This document shows, piece after piece, positions 9,642 to 18,808 of a stretch of DNA of 52,149 nucleotides. The DNA comes from Schleiferiaceae bacterium (GTDB lineage: Bacteria > Bacteroidota > Bacteroidia > Flavobacteriales > Schleiferiaceae): positions 1-52,149 of the forward strand of contig JAKMEB010000016.1 of NCBI GenBank assembly GCA_022426185.1. Direction: 5' to 3'. Each line of letters opens with the position of its first letter. The first letter of the stretch is position 1. Under the pieces are notes generated by a model. That model was given only the letters and a program-made list of their open reading frames with translations. It did not search any database and was not told where the DNA came from. Made by a program: the position numbers and the translations under genes.

Positions 9642-10433
9642 ATGAGATTCGACGGACAGGTACGTGCTAAAAAGCACTTGGGACAACACTTCCTCAAAGA
9701 TGAGAGTATTGCAGAACGCATTGCTGCTGTGGTCCCTTTTGAAGGCGTAGAAAAAGTATTAGAAATCGGGCCTGGAATGGGTGTGATGACCAAATATCTA
9801 TTGAAAAACCCGTCAATTGAAACGTGGGTAATTGAGATTGATGAGGAAAGCGTGAGCTATTTGCAGGCGAATTACAATCAGCTCAGTGCACGTATTCTTC
9901 AAGAGGATTTCTTGAAGTGGAATCCTTCTAAAACATTTGAAGATGCTCCTTTTGCCTTGATTGGCAACTTTCCTTACAATATTTCATCCCAGATCGTCTT
10001 TAAAGTGCTCGAAGAGCGCCATCAAATCCCTCTATTTGGAGGGATGTTTCAAAAAGAGGTGGCGAAACGTTTGTGTGCCCCTCCAGGAAACAAAACGTAC
10101 GGAATCCTTTCCGTTTTATGCCAAGCCTATTATGATTTGACCTATGACTTCACCGTGCCTCCTACGGTATTCAACCCACCTCCAAAGGTAGAAAGTGGGG
10201 TCATGCATATGGTTCGAAAATCGAAGGATCCGGATATCTCCTTTGCACTTCTTAAGCGTGGCGTTAAAGCGGCGTTTGGGCAACGCAGAAAAACTTTACG
10301 TAATGCATTGAAAGTCCTTAACTTGCCTGTAGGCTTTGATCACCCGTATTTATCAAAACGTGCGGAGCAATTGAGCCATGCAGAGTTTGTGGAATTGCTA
10401 AATGCCATTGAAGATGGAAGAACTCAATCTTAA
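9642..10433 (+). CDS. rsmA: 16S rRNA (adenine1518/1519-N6)-dimethyltransferase
   Basis: KKHLGQHFL, the SAM-binding EIGPGMG and NFPYNISS motifs. I chose the ATG at 9642 (MRFDGQVRAKK...) over the longer 9582 start. Confidence 0.93.
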   Translation: MRFDGQVRAKKHLGQHFLKDESIAERIAAVVPFEGVEKVLEIGPGMGVMTKYLLKNPSIETWVIEIDEESVSYLQANYNQLSARILQEDFLKWNPSKTFEDAPFALIGNFPYNISSQIVFKVLEERHQIPLFGGMFQKEVAKRLCAPPGNKTYGILSVLCQAYYDLTYDFTVPPTVFNPPPKVESGVMHMVRKSKDPDISFALLKRGVKAAFGQRRKTLRNALKVLNLPVGFDHPYLSKRAEQLSHAEFVELLNAIEDGRTQS

Positions 10434-11757
10434 CGACAGAATAGTAGAGGCAGCCAATACCATTGATCTATCGTCTTTCGAGGGGTTAATGGAGGGAATT
10501 CATGCTGCAGATATAGCCGAAGTGTTAGAAACACTAGAAGTTGAAGCGGTAGAGAGTATTTTGGATCGTTTAGATTCTGAACGTGTTGCTGATGTTCTAG
10601 TTGAAATCGATGAGGATGTCCGAGCGGATCTACTCACGCGTTATTCGACTGCTGATATTGCTCACGACTTAGTCGAAAACATGGATAGTGATGATGCCGC
10701 GGATATGCTGTCAGAACTTTCCGATGCGCTCACGAGGGAGGTATTATCCAAAGTAGAGGATGTTGAGCAGGCAAAAAAAATCGCACAACTTCTAACCTAC
10801 GACGAAGATTCAGCTGGCGCCTTAATGGGGACTGAATTGGTCACCGTAAATGAAGGATTGACCGCCTTGCGTTGCGTTGCCGCAATGCGGAATCAAGCTG
10901 AAAATATTGATCGTGTTCATGCGGTTTACGTTGTGAATGACGCCGCTATTTTAGTAGGTACCCTGAGCTTAAAAAAGCTTCTTACAGCGCAGCGAACTGC
11001 AAACATCACAGACCTATATACTCCCATTAAACATACCGTACTTTCCAATACTCCAGCAGAAGATGTAGCAAATATGATGCAGAAGTATGATTTGTTTGTA
11101 CTTCCTGTAATTAATGCTGCAGGTGAATTACTAGGGCGAATCACTCTGGATGACGTAGTCGATTTCATACGTGAAGAAGCGGAACGTGATTACCAGCTTG
11201 CCTCCGGTTTGACGGACGAAGTCGAAAGCGACGATACCGTATTCGAGGTCACACGTGCCCGCATACCATGGCTACTTATCGGACTCTTTGGTGGGTTGAT
11301 TGTGGCCTTGATGTTAGGTGAAAACGAAGGCGATATAAAGTCGGTGCCGGCTTTGGCCTTGTTTATGCCCTTAATTGCGGCTATGGCCGGAAATGTTGGG
11401 GTTCAATCCTCAGCAATTGTAGTTCAAGCCTTAGCTTCTGAAACGAAAGAGCAAAACATCATCGCAAAGCTATGGAAGGAATTATCTGTGGGTTTGGTCA
11501 ATGGATTGATACTAGCAGCTACGATGTACGGGGCAGGCTTGCTTTTAGGCTACGACCAATTGGTGACCTTAACAGTGGCTGTTTCGTTGCTCACGGTTAT
11601 TGTATTTGCTTCCTTGTTCGGGACATTCATACCCTTGTTGCTCAATAGATTCAATATTGATGCTGCGCTAGCGACCGGGCCGTTTATTACTACGGCTAAC
11701 GATGTGATCGGATTGATCATTTATTTTCAAATTGGTCGTTACATCATCGGATACTGA
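10402..11757 (+). CDS. mgtE: Magnesium transporter MgtE
   Basis: N-domain, tandem CBS region and C-terminal TM domain with PFITTANDVIGLIIYF. The start overlaps the rsmA 3' end by 32 nt. Confidence 0.93.
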   Translation: MPLKMEELNLNDRIVEAANTIDLSSFEGLMEGIHAADIAEVLETLEVEAVESILDRLDSERVADVLVEIDEDVRADLLTRYSTADIAHDLVENMDSDDAADMLSELSDALTREVLSKVEDVEQAKKIAQLLTYDEDSAGALMGTELVTVNEGLTALRCVAAMRNQAENIDRVHAVYVVNDAAILVGTLSLKKLLTAQRTANITDLYTPIKHTVLSNTPAEDVANMMQKYDLFVLPVINAAGELLGRITLDDVVDFIREEAERDYQLASGLTDEVESDDTVFEVTRARIPWLLIGLFGGLIVALMLGENEGDIKSVPALALFMPLIAAMAGNVGVQSSAIVVQALASETKEQNIIAKLWKELSVGLVNGLILAATMYGAGLLLGYDQLVTLTVAVSLLTVIVFASLFGTFIPLLLNRFNIDAALATGPFITTANDVIGLIIYFQIGRYIIGY

Positions 11758-12701
11758 TGAAGGCATTACTCCTAGATGATACCCACCCGCTACTTGAACA
11801 AGGTTTACAAGCAGGAGGACTAGTATTGGTTCGTGCTTTTGACGAGCCGTTAGAATGGCTCACTGAGAGGTATTCGGATGCTGAGGTGATCATCATTCGC
11901 TCTCGCCTAAAAGTAACCAAAGACTTTTTGCATGCTTTTCCTCGTCTGAAAGTCATTGGGCGCCTTGGCGCTGGGCTGGAAAATATAGATGTCGAGGAAG
12001 CCACCCGAAGGCAGATCGTTTGTCTTCGCGTTGCCGAAGGAAATGCACGTGCAGTTGCAGAACATGCACTGGGAATGCTTTTGAGTTTACTCAATCACCT
12101 GCCGCGCGTTCAGCGTGAAATTAAAGAGGGAAAATGGCTGCGTGAGTCAAATAAAGGACGTGAGCTTCAGGCACTGAAAGTGGGCGTGATAGGCCATGGC
12201 ATAATGGGAGGTACTTTCGCAAATTTACTTGATGCGATGGGCGTAACGGTCCTTGCGTTTGATAAATACAAAACCGGGTACGCAGAAGGTAGCGTAAAAG
12301 AGTGTTCACTGAAAGAGCTCTACACTGAAGCGGATGTCATCAGCTTACACCTTCCTTTAACTTTAGAAACCCGGGACTATGCGAATGCGGATTTTTTCCA
12401 CGCGTTTAATAACCCCATTCACTTTATTAATACAGCACGCGGCCCTATTTTAAATACAGCCGACCTCGTAACGGCGCTTGATTCTGGTGAAGTTCTTAGT
12501 GCAGGATTGGATGTGTTGGAATATGAGAAATCCAGTTTTACAAGTCTCTTTGAAGGACCGCTGCCGCCAGCTTTAGCCGCTTTGCTGGAACGTGAAAATG
12601 TGCTGTTAAGTCCCCATATTGCAGGCTGGACTAAAGAAAGCTTTGAGAAAATGGGCGCAGGATTAGCACAAAAGGTTTTAGCAGTTCTTAAAACCGTTTA
12701 A
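11757..12701 (+). CDS. D-isomer-specific 2-hydroxyacid dehydrogenase (phosphoglycerate dehydrogenase-like)
   Basis: NAD-binding GVIGHGIMG, and ARGPILNTADLVTALDSGEVLSAGLDVLEYE...SPHIAGWT. TGATG stop/start overlap with mgtE. Confidence 0.85.
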   Translation: MKALLLDDTHPLLEQGLQAGGLVLVRAFDEPLEWLTERYSDAEVIIIRSRLKVTKDFLHAFPRLKVIGRLGAGLENIDVEEATRRQIVCLRVAEGNARAVAEHALGMLLSLLNHLPRVQREIKEGKWLRESNKGRELQALKVGVIGHGIMGGTFANLLDAMGVTVLAFDKYKTGYAEGSVKECSLKELYTEADVISLHLPLTLETRDYANADFFHAFNNPIHFINTARGPILNTADLVTALDSGEVLSAGLDVLEYEKSSFTSLFEGPLPPALAALLERENVLLSPHIAGWTKESFEKMGAGLAQKVLAVLKTV

Positions 12702-13947
12702 AAACAAATTGAACTACATCTGGTGTTCGCTGCTCCAGGAGAATTTCTAGTCCTTGTGTTTCTTTCTGTTCATCCTCTTTCCGGTAATGTCGTATGGTTA
12801 AAAGTGCTACATCGCTCTCCAGTTCTAAATCAAAAGATCCGGTTAATTCAGCCACTACCTTAGGAATAATGATTGCATCGTGATTGATACAGAATACTGC
12901 TTTAGTTGCGGTATTACGCATTAGGTTAACAACCACACCGTGATCCGCAAACAATTGGTAAATCGCGCTAAGGTGGTGTTCTGCGATAAAGGCCAAATCC
13001 TTTGTCTTTAGCTGCAGCAATGCTTGATTTTTCTTTAGAATGAAATTAGGAACTTCCGGAATAGCACGATCTACACCGCCTATAATTGTGCCCTGGGCTG
13101 TTGGGTCTACGAAACTTTTGATGTGTAAGGGAATGCCTTTCTTTTTGAGCGGCTGAATGGTCTTAGGGTGAATGATCGACGCTCCATAAAAAGCAAGTTC
13201 AATGGCCTCATTAAAAGGCAACCGGTCAATCTTAGTCGTGTTCTGGAAAGTCTTCGGATCAGCGTTTAGCATACCTGGTACATCTTTCCAGATCGTTAGG
13301 CTATCGGCCCCTAAACAGAATGCGAAAACGGCACCCGTGTAATCTGAACCTTCGCGACCCAACGTAGTAGGTTTTCCTGTAGAGGAGGCTCCAATAAACC
13401 CTTGCACAACATTGACCTTTCCTGGGACTATACGTTTAAGTATGGCTTGAGTAGTTTCTTCCCAATGTACCGTAGCTCTCCTAAATTGGGCATCCGTATG
13501 AATGAGTAATCTGGTATCCTGCCAAACAGTAGGAGTCTCTATTCCAACGTATGCAGCGATGATTTTTGTAGAAATGAGTTCTCCGTGATGTACGATGTAA
13601 TCGTAGGCCTCGCTGTACGAACATTCCATTTTATCGACGCCCTTGCTCAACTGATCGATGAGTTCTTGTACTTCTGCTTTTACAAGGGTCGAATCTGCGA
13701 ATAATGCTTCAATGATCGTAAAGTGGTATTCACGAATAGCACCAATTTTTTCCCTCGCCAAGCCCAGTTCATTCGTACTCCAATGCCCGACAACTTCTTC
13801 AAATGCATTGGTCATTTTGCCCATAGCACTCACCACCACCACCATCGGTCGTTGCGCAAACAGCGCAATGATTTTTGCGACATTCTTTACACTAGCGGCA
13901 TCTTTTACTGAGGCGCCACCAAATTTGAAGATGAGAGGTGTACTCAT
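12688..13947 (-). CDS. lysC: Aspartate kinase
   Basis: KFGGASV N-terminus, an amino-acid kinase fold (LGREGSDYTGA) and C-terminal ACT-like repeats. The 3' end overlaps the convergent dehydrogenase gene by 14 nt. Confidence 0.93.
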   Translation of the reverse strand: MSTPLIFKFGGASVKDAASVKNVAKIIALFAQRPMVVVVSAMGKMTNAFEEVVGHWSTNELGLAREKIGAIREYHFTIIEALFADSTLVKAEVQELIDQLSKGVDKMECSYSEAYDYIVHHGELISTKIIAAYVGIETPTVWQDTRLLIHTDAQFRRATVHWEETTQAILKRIVPGKVNVVQGFIGASSTGKPTTLGREGSDYTGAVFAFCLGADSLTIWKDVPGMLNADPKTFQNTTKIDRLPFNEAIELAFYGASIIHPKTIQPLKKKGIPLHIKSFVDPTAQGTIIGGVDRAIPEVPNFILKKNQALLQLKTKDLAFIAEHHLSAIYQLFADHGVVVNLMRNTATKAVFCINHDAIIIPKVVAELTGSFDLELESDVALLTIRHYRKEDEQKETQGLEILLEQRTPDVVQFVFKRF

Positions 13948-14411
13948 TTTAATGCATTCAATTGTTCACGGGTCAACGTACCTAAATGCCATTCTGGATC
14001 CAGCGTTGCGTTATATTTTTTGTAGAAATTCAAAGCAGGTTCGTTCCATTCTAAAACCGTCCATTCCATTCTGCCAACGTTCTGTTTTACGGCTTCAGTT
14101 ACCACCGTGTCAAACAACTCTTTGCCTAGACCTCCTTTGCGAAACTCCTGCTTTACGTACAAGTCTTCTAAGTGAAGTGTAGGCCCTTTCCATGTGCTGT
14201 AGCGGGAGTAAAATAAAGCCATACCAACGATACCTAATGTTTCATGTTCCGCAACAAAGCAATCAAACCGATGCTCTGAAAATCCGTGCTGCTTCAATTC
14301 CTCTGCGGATATAAGTACTGCATTAGGTTCCTTTTCGTAGACCGCCAATTCTGTAATGAGCGCATGTACCGCGACCATATCTTCTTTCAGAGCTTTACGA
14401 ATAGTTACCAT
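13944..14411 (-). CDS. GNAT-family N-acetyltransferase
   Basis: Acetyl-CoA motif region QEFRKGGLGKELF. I chose the internal ATG at 14411 (MVTIRKALKED...), which avoids a 17-nt overlap with lysA. ATGA-type overlap with the lysC start. Confidence 0.8.
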   Translation of the reverse strand: MVTIRKALKEDMVAVHALITELAVYEKEPNAVLISAEELKQHGFSEHRFDCFVAEHETLGIVGMALFYSRYSTWKGPTLHLEDLYVKQEFRKGGLGKELFDTVVTEAVKQNVGRMEWTVLEWNEPALNFYKKYNATLDPEWHLGTLTREQLNALK

Positions 14412-14415
14412 AGGG

Positions 14416-15687
14416 TTACGAAGGTACTGCAATCTCTGCTTCTTCTCTTATTCCTTCTTCCACATCCTGGTACAAGCCATGCTCAACCGTTCCGCGTAGC
14501 AAATCTTGTAGAGTTTCGCGTTCGCGAATGAGATACGGCTGATCGCCCTCAAGTAACACTTCTGCTGGTCGAATCCTGCTGTTGTATTGTGAGGCCATGC
14601 TGCTGCAATATGCGCCTGCGTTGTGAAAAGCCAGTAGATCGCCATTTCGTACTTCATTTAATTTGCGATCATAACCGAAAGTATCCGTTTCACATATATA
14701 GCCCACAATGGTGTAAAGTCGTTGTGCTCCTTCTGGATTACTTAGATTTTCTATATGATGATATGCGTCGTAGAGCATCGGCCTGGGAAAATGATTAAAT
14801 CCACTATTGACCTGAGCGAAGACGGTTGAAGGTGTTGTTTTGGTGCTGTTGACCGATGTGATAAACACACCTGCTTCACTCACTAGAAATTTACCTGGCT
14901 CGAAAATGAGTTTCAAATCGCGTCCGTATTCTAGGCAGAATTCCTTGAACCGGATGCTCATTTTCTCACCAAAACTATTGATATCCGTAGCAGCTTCTCC
15001 GGCTCGATAATCTACTTTGAATCCGGAACCAAAGTCGATATAAGTCAGTTCTTTAAAATCATGCGCGAGATCCATAAGAACATCTGCTCCACGCATGAAG
15101 GCATCGATATCTAAAATATCTGATCCTGTATGCATGTGCAGGCCATGTACGTGGAGCCCCATATTATGAACAATACGGTGCAGGTGGCGCACTTGATGGA
15201 TGGATATGCCAAATTTTGAATCAATGTGACCTACTGAGATTTTGGTATTTCCACCCGCCATAATGTGCGGGTTAATGCGCACACAAACAGGCACACTACT
15301 GCCAAATTCATTTGCAAATTCCTCTAAGGTTTCTAGATTATCAATATTTATTTGGACGCCCATTTCAACGGCTTCTTTGATTTCATGCATGCCTACTCCA
15401 TTTGGAGTAAACAAAATTTGTTTAGGTTGAAATCCAGCAAGAAGACCTAATTCAATTTCCCCAAGACTAACTGCATCTAAGCCGGCCCCAAGAGAACGCA
15501 TAAGCTTGAGTATATTTAGGTTGTTCAATGCTTTACACGCATAGTGGATGCCTACATCTATAGATGGGTCGAAGGCATATTTCATTCTGAAATATTGACT
15601 GCGAATGGATTTTGCATCATATACATAAAGTGGAGACCCAAAGGCTGCTACCCACTCTGCCGCATTATTCAAAGGGAACTTCGTCAT
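14416..15687 (-). CDS. lysA: Diaminopimelate decarboxylase
   Basis: PLP-lysine context HYACKAL, HMHTGS and the EPGKFLV/AGAY motifs of fold-III decarboxylases. I prefer the ATG at 15687 (MTKFPLNN...), because the GTG at 15705 lies inside a candidate -7 promoter box. Confidence 0.9.
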   Translation of the reverse strand: MTKFPLNNAAEWVAAFGSPLYVYDAKSIRSQYFRMKYAFDPSIDVGIHYACKALNNLNILKLMRSLGAGLDAVSLGEIELGLLAGFQPKQILFTPNGVGMHEIKEAVEMGVQINIDNLETLEEFANEFGSSVPVCVRINPHIMAGGNTKISVGHIDSKFGISIHQVRHLHRIVHNMGLHVHGLHMHTGSDILDIDAFMRGADVLMDLAHDFKELTYIDFGSGFKVDYRAGEAATDINSFGEKMSIRFKEFCLEYGRDLKLIFEPGKFLVSEAGVFITSVNSTKTTPSTVFAQVNSGFNHFPRPMLYDAYHHIENLSNPEGAQRLYTIVGYICETDTFGYDRKLNEVRNGDLLAFHNAGAYCSSMASQYNSRIRPAEVLLEGDQPYLIRERETLQDLLRGTVEHGLYQDVEEGIREEAEIAVPS

Positions 15688-15704
15688 AACATGAGAATTT
15701 GCCA

Positions 15705-15712
15705 CAAAAGTA
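15705..15712 (-). promoter_or_regulatory. Candidate Bacteroidota -7 promoter box (TACTTTTG) for the lysA-GNAT-lysC operon
   Basis: The minus strand reads TACTTTTG, matching TAnnTTTG. It lies 18 nt upstream of the ATG at 15687. Confidence 0.35.
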
Positions 15713-15822
15713 TTTGGACTTTTATATTCACGATGAGATTGACGGCAATTAGTCTAAAAAATCACAGATTGTTAGTTTTTGAACAACAGTATGGAGCGGT
15801 CTCACCCATTGGACCGGGCGAC

Positions 15823-17730
15823 TTATTTCCGAAGCAACAGTGCATCTGCCTTTATTTCTTCAACCACATCTGGGTCGAGCAGGGTAGAAGTGTCTCCAAG
15901 ATTACTAGTATCACCTTCGGCAATTTTTCTCAGAATACGACGCATGATTTTTCCAGATCTTGTTTTGGGCAAACCCGGTACAATTTGTATCCTATCGGGC
16001 TTAGCAATAGGGCCTATTTCTACCATCACAGAATGCAGTATTGATTGACGAATGGATTCGCTGTCTTGCGCATCACCTTCTACAATAACGTACGCGTAGA
16101 TGCCTTGACCTTTTATGGCATGCGGGAAACCAACTACGGCACTCTCGGTCACTACGCTGGATGCATTGATTGCATTTTCTATTTCAGCTGTTCCAAAGCG
16201 ATGTCCGCTCACATTGATTACGTCGTCAACGCGGCCAATGATGCGGAACATTCCATCTTCTCTGCGTGCGCCATCGCCAGTAAAGTAATAGCCTTCATAG
16301 TTGCTGAAGTATACATTCTTGCAACGTTTGTGATCTCCGTACGTGGTACGAAGCATGGAAGGCCACGGGTGTTTTATGCATAGATAGCCTTCTACTCCAT
16401 CTCCTTGAATCTCATTGCCATCGGCATCAATAAGTACGGGTTGTATGCCCGGTAATGGACGCCCAGCGTACGTGGGTCGTTGTGGACTTAAGTTCCCAAG
16501 CCCCGATATCATAATACCTCCTGTTTCAGTTTGCCACCAGGTATCCACTACAGGACAATTACTACGTCCAACTTTATCGTGGTACCAATGCCACGCTTCA
16601 GCATTTATGGGTTCTCCCACGGATCCAATAACTTTAAGCGAGCTGAGATCAGCACGATCCACAAACGCATTACCACAGGCCATAAGTGCGCGGATGGCTG
16701 TTGGTGCTGTATAGAATTGATTTACCTGATATTTATCGCAAACATCCCAAAAACGTCCTGCATCTGGAAAAGTTGGTACTCCCTCAAACATGAGTGTGGT
16801 AGCTCCATTGAGCAGTGGACCGTAAATAATGTAGCTGTGACCTGTAATCCAACCTACATCTGCGGTACACCAATACACATCACCTTGTTCGTATTGAAAG
16901 ACATTCTTAAAAGTGTAGCCGGCATAAACCATGTAGCCGCCACACGTGTGAACTACGCCTTTAGGCTTACCTGTGGAACCGGATGTGTAAAGAATGAAAA
17001 GCATGTCCTCTGCATCCATGGGCTCTGCGTCACAATGGGCAGAAACTTCAGTGACCGCCTCATGATACCAGCAGTCGCGCCCTTCGATCATTTTAACCTG
17101 ACGTGCATCCCGACGCACCACAATAACGCTTTGTACAGAAGTACAATTTTTCAGGGCTTCATCAACAGTAGCTTTAATAGGTAAGGTCTTTTCACCTCGA
17201 TACATGCCGTCGGAAGTCAACACGCAAACACATTGGCTGTCGTTGATTCTATCCGCTAAAGCATTGGACGAAAAGCCAGCAAAGACAACAGAATGTACAG
17301 CACCAATTCTCGCACAGGCCAATACCCCAATAGTCAATTCTGGAATCATAGGCATGTATACCGCCACACGATCTCCTTTTTTTACTCCTCTGGCCTTTAG
17401 GACATTGGCGAAACGACAGACTTCTGCATGCAATTCGTTGTAGGACAATCGAACTTCTCGCTCTTTTGGATCATTGGGTTCCCATATAAGGGCAGTATGG
17501 TTTCCGTGTTTTTCAAGATGTCGGTCAAGGCAATTTTCAGTGATGTTCAAACGGCCGCCTTGAAACCAGTTCACTTTAGGGGTTGAAAATTCCCATTCTA
17601 AAGTCTTTTTCCAAGTTTCTTCCCAATAAAATGAATTTGCGATGCGCTCCCAGAATCGTTCTGGATCGTTTATCGACTCAGCATATGCTATTTCATAGTC
17701 TGAGAAGCTGCGGATTCGAATTTCATTCAT
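15823..17730 (-). CDS. acs: Acetyl-CoA synthetase (AMP-forming)
   Basis: 635 aa. YTSGSTGKPKG AMP-binding motif, WWQTETGG, and a C-terminal PKTRSGKIMRR. Confidence 0.97.
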   Translation of the reverse strand: MNEIRIRSFSDYEIAYAESINDPERFWERIANSFYWEETWKKTLEWEFSTPKVNWFQGGRLNITENCLDRHLEKHGNHTALIWEPNDPKEREVRLSYNELHAEVCRFANVLKARGVKKGDRVAVYMPMIPELTIGVLACARIGAVHSVVFAGFSSNALADRINDSQCVCVLTSDGMYRGEKTLPIKATVDEALKNCTSVQSVIVVRRDARQVKMIEGRDCWYHEAVTEVSAHCDAEPMDAEDMLFILYTSGSTGKPKGVVHTCGGYMVYAGYTFKNVFQYEQGDVYWCTADVGWITGHSYIIYGPLLNGATTLMFEGVPTFPDAGRFWDVCDKYQVNQFYTAPTAIRALMACGNAFVDRADLSSLKVIGSVGEPINAEAWHWYHDKVGRSNCPVVDTWWQTETGGIMISGLGNLSPQRPTYAGRPLPGIQPVLIDADGNEIQGDGVEGYLCIKHPWPSMLRTTYGDHKRCKNVYFSNYEGYYFTGDGARREDGMFRIIGRVDDVINVSGHRFGTAEIENAINASSVVTESAVVGFPHAIKGQGIYAYVIVEGDAQDSESIRQSILHSVMVEIGPIAKPDRIQIVPGLPKTRSGKIMRRILRKIAEGDTSNLGDTSTLLDPDVVEEIKADALLLRK

Positions 17731-17743
17731 TGGTTTTTATTGG

Positions 17744-18166
17744 CTATTGGTTCTGATTCCAATTTAGCACAAAAAATTTGCCTTCCACTTCAGAAATAAG
17801 TAAGCCTTTTTGCTCCAGATATGCCGGAGATTTCATGCGTTCTAAAAGCTGTCCATGCTCAAGAACTTCAAAGCTGGGTTTGTGATTGTGCTGCAGCTGA
17901 GGTCGACGAACTTTATAGGTCTTAACCCAATTCATTACGCTTACGTGCGAAATACCTAAGATGCGTTCTATTTCGCGATAGCTTACTCCTTCGATGTAGA
18001 GTTGAAGAGCTTTGACAACATAATAATCGGAAATGCGTTTACCCAGCTTTTGTACGGTAAAGTAGTAGTTGCATTCCTTGCAACGGTAGCGTTGACGTTC
18101 TTTGATAATCCCACTTTTAACATAGCTTGCACTGGAACATTTGGGACAATGTTTGACTTCATTCAT
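17744..18166 (-). CDS. IS1 InsA-like Zn-ribbon plus HTH DNA-binding protein (stand-alone, no transposase partner)
   Basis: CPKC-x18-CKEC zinc ribbon followed by the HTH VSYREIERILGISHVSVMNWV, the same architecture as IS1 InsA. No InsB-like ORF and no inverted repeats nearby. The stop is 13 nt upstream of the acs ATG. Confidence 0.6.
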   Translation of the reverse strand: MNEVKHCPKCSSASYVKSGIIKERQRYRCKECNYYFTVQKLGKRISDYYVVKALQLYIEGVSYREIERILGISHVSVMNWVKTYKVRRPQLQHNHKPSFEVLEHGQLLERMKSPAYLEQKGLLISEVEGKFFVLNWNQNQ

Positions 18167-18218
18167 GGCGGCGGACGGTTTCTAGTAAAGTGAAAATTAC
18201 TAAAAATGTTGCGTAAAT

Positions 18219-18246
18219 AAAAAACGCTGCCTAATTAAAGGCAGCG
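18219..18246 (-). terminator. Rho-independent terminator downstream of the MarR gene
   Basis: The minus strand reads CGCTGCC-tttaatta-GGCAGCG followed by T6. It lies 56 nt after the MarR stop. Confidence 0.75.
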
Positions 18247-18301
18247 CTTACACACTCTGTTTTGGGTAAAGTACCCTATTGGGTTGCGCTAAAGCGCAGG
18301 T

Positions 18302-18754
18302 TTAGGTCATTTTAAGGAGTTCCTCTGCTCTGTGCGTATCAATTACCTTGCTCACACTGGACATCACTTTGAAGAAACTACGAACTTCCTCTTCGCTCAC
18401 TTCAGCGAGCACCTGATGGTTGAAATCTAGCACTGCTTGTCTGCTGCGGTCGCGCATTTTCAGACCTTCTTTGGTTAGTTTAACCAATACGCTACGGCCA
18501 TCATTCGGGTTTGATTCTCTTGAAATCAATGCTTGCTTTTCCAAACTGTTTAATAATCTACTCAGTGAGGTACTTTCCATACCCATTTTCGGTCCTAGGG
18601 AGGTGGAGGGGGTTCCTTTGGTAATATCAATGTTCAATAAAGCAAAGCCCATAGCGACGGTCAGACCGTATTGGGCCACTTGCTCATTATACATTTTTGA
18701 CAATGCAATCCAGGCTTTCCGAATTTGAAAGTCAAAGGTTTCTTGTGGTTTCAT
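18302..18754 (-). CDS. MarR-family transcriptional regulator
   Basis: 150 aa. Winged-helix region STSLGPKMGMESTSLSRLLNSLEKQALISRESNPNDGRSVLVKLTKEG is a typical MarR recognition helix plus wing. Confidence 0.88.
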   Translation of the reverse strand: MKPQETFDFQIRKAWIALSKMYNEQVAQYGLTVAMGFALLNIDITKGTPSTSLGPKMGMESTSLSRLLNSLEKQALISRESNPNDGRSVLVKLTKEGLKMRDRSRQAVLDFNHQVLAEVSEEEVRSFFKVMSSVSKVIDTHRAEELLKMT

Positions 18755-18784
18755 ACTTCTAATGATGAAGTCAAGATAGTAAAT

Positions 18785-18806
18785 AATACTATGCGTGCAT
18801 AGTATT
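18785..18806. promoter_or_regulatory. Perfect 22-bp palindrome, candidate MarR operator
   Basis: AATACTATGC-GT-GCATAGTATT (10-bp arms, 2-bp spacer). It lies 31-52 nt upstream of the MarR ATG and 3 nt after the stop of the upstream lipoprotein gene. Confidence 0.5.
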
Positions 18807-18808
18807 GC

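Noticed and set aside
15688-15822. Lysine (L-box) riboswitch upstream of the lysA-lysC operon.
   Set aside because: The intergenic region is only about 117-135 nt and must also hold the acs 3' end and a promoter. I could not find the conserved L-box helices, and the region is too short for the roughly 180-nt aptamer.
17744-18166. An IS1-family insertion sequence.
   Set aside because: Only an InsA-like reading frame is present. There is no InsB or DDE-coding frame, no A6C-type frameshift site, no flanking inverted repeats and no second copy in the window. I annotated it as a stand-alone DNA-binding protein rather than a mobile element.
18288-18299. Small hairpin TGCGC-taaa-GCGCA immediately after the MarR stop.
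   Set aside because: The stem is only 5 bp and has no U-tract. The better terminator at 18219-18246 explains termination, so this is probably incidental.
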